DNA of 64,000 bases from Raillietiella orientalis (lineage: Eukaryota). The notes beneath the pieces were generated by a model. It was not told the DNA's origin. It saw nothing but the letters and a program-made list of their open reading frames with translations, and did no database searches. The translations under genes and the position numbers were made by a program. Where the stretch lies: assembly GCA_036172245.1 (NCBI GenBank), contig JAYWIR010000033.1, forward strand, positions 930,001 to 994,000. The letters are read 5' to 3'. This document shows, piece by piece, positions 62,661 to 64,000 of this stretch; within the stretch, counting starts at the first letter, position 1, and every line of letters starts with the position of its first letter.

Positions 62661-64000
62661 ATGCATGCACAATTGTCTATGTAGAACGTTGAGTAAAGGC
62701 TTTGGATTGAAAACACTCGAGATGCTATGTATTCACCAAATAAATGGTTTTTGCATTAGGATTGAGAGGTCAAGTATGTTTGGTGTCTCCACCAGTGTAG
62801 CACTATAGGATATAGTATGCTTTGTTATGTGAGGGTACTGAATTGTGAGGGATGGATGTGCTGTTTGATTTGGTTGAGGTGTGGTTAGTTGCTGCATTTG
62901 TTCATGCAGTGTTGTCAGATGGGTGGAGAAGTGTGGTTGTATAGGAATTTGTTGCAGACGAGTGCATGTGGGTACAGTGTGGTTTTGTAAAGGATGAAGG
63001 GTGAACCATGATGGATGGAAGGAAGCATACCAGCAGCAGTGTTCTGAATCGTTTGAATGTTGATTGTGTAACACTCTTGCATTCTTACTCTTTTGCGGGA
63101 TGATGGTATGGATGGTTTGAAGCTATCATGTGATGCTGGCACACCAGCGTTTGGTTTCTCAGCTAAAGATTTCTCAGTTTCTCAGCAAAATGATGTTTTG
63201 TAATTTTGTTTCCTCCTTTGTACCTAGATCTTGTAACATGGGTGTTTGTTTTTTGGCACTTTGGCTTGATTGTGAAGCTTCTGAATGTGTTTGCAGGGTG
63301 TTCTTTCTGCTAGAAAAGCAGGAGGGAAGGTTGTGTTTGGTGCAAAGTTGACATCGGATGTCATCATCGGATCGCCTTTTCGAATTCTCCTTGAGGATGG
63401 TTGCACATGTGGTTTCATTGATAGAGGCTTGTTGATGTTGTGGAAGCCCCATCGGGGTTGCATGGGCACACATCTGCTAAGTCCAGGTGTCTTCGAAGAT
63501 GTCATTCACCGAGTTGTGGGTTCGGAGTTTTCCCAGGAAGCAGGAAGTCAGGTTGCTTGGCCAGTGCATTGGGCGCATAACAAAGGCCAGGGATTGAAAT
63601 GATACGGTGATGTCTTGGCAATTGGTGGAAGGAGCATGGGGTTTTTGTTTTTGTATGCAGGGACAGTTTTGATTCTTTGCAGTGGTCTTGGTGATTTCCC
63701 CGTGTGTTTGGTATGGAACAGCTGCAAGTGGTTGAGGCATGGAAAGTGGTGAAGGTGGTGTGCAGGAGATGATAGGATCGAGCCACGCCTTGCCTGATTG
63801 GTGAGCTGTGTGCCTACTGCATGTGTTGAGTTCGGGCTGAATGGGAGTGATGGAGAATGTGCACTTGGTGGTGTTGTTGGTTGGTGTGTTGGTCATGAGT
63901 GTGGAAGGTTGCTGGGTTGAGTGGTGTTTGGTTTGGATGACCGTTTTGCAGGTGTTTTTGTGGTGGAAGGGGTTGGTCGCACAAGTGGCAATCAGTATCT

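Overview
Eukaryotic genomic DNA, most likely from an arthropod (inferred from close resemblance to Drosophila outspread, Src64B and CG7630). No prokaryotic features, rRNA or CRISPR arrays were seen. Four spliced host genes can be reconstructed by hand: (1) the 5' part of outspread/MPRIP (minus, 158-2728); (2) a ~540-aa DEG/ENaC (pickpocket-like) channel spread over 20 kb (plus, 15443-35706) with atypical gating and pore motifs; (3) a complete Src64B-type tyrosine kinase (minus, 41735-45515) with mostly 40-78 nt introns; (4) a mitochondrial prag01/COX7B-like gene (plus, 60951-62660). The rest is mainly decayed transposons: many L1/Tx1-like LINE pieces, Ty3/gypsy remnants, other LINE RT remnants, and weak DIRS-, hAT- and Helitron-like traces. 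The most striking structure is a near-identical ~1.6 kb inverted repeat (20051-21641 and 27229-28841) inside the largest channel intron. Other notable signals are a conserved post-AATAAA hairpin motif at the LINE 3' ends and a sharp mosaic of CpG-depleted gene bodies versus CpG-rich TE blocks. I found no clearly new biological system; all calls come from manual reading without database searches, and TE boundaries are approximate.
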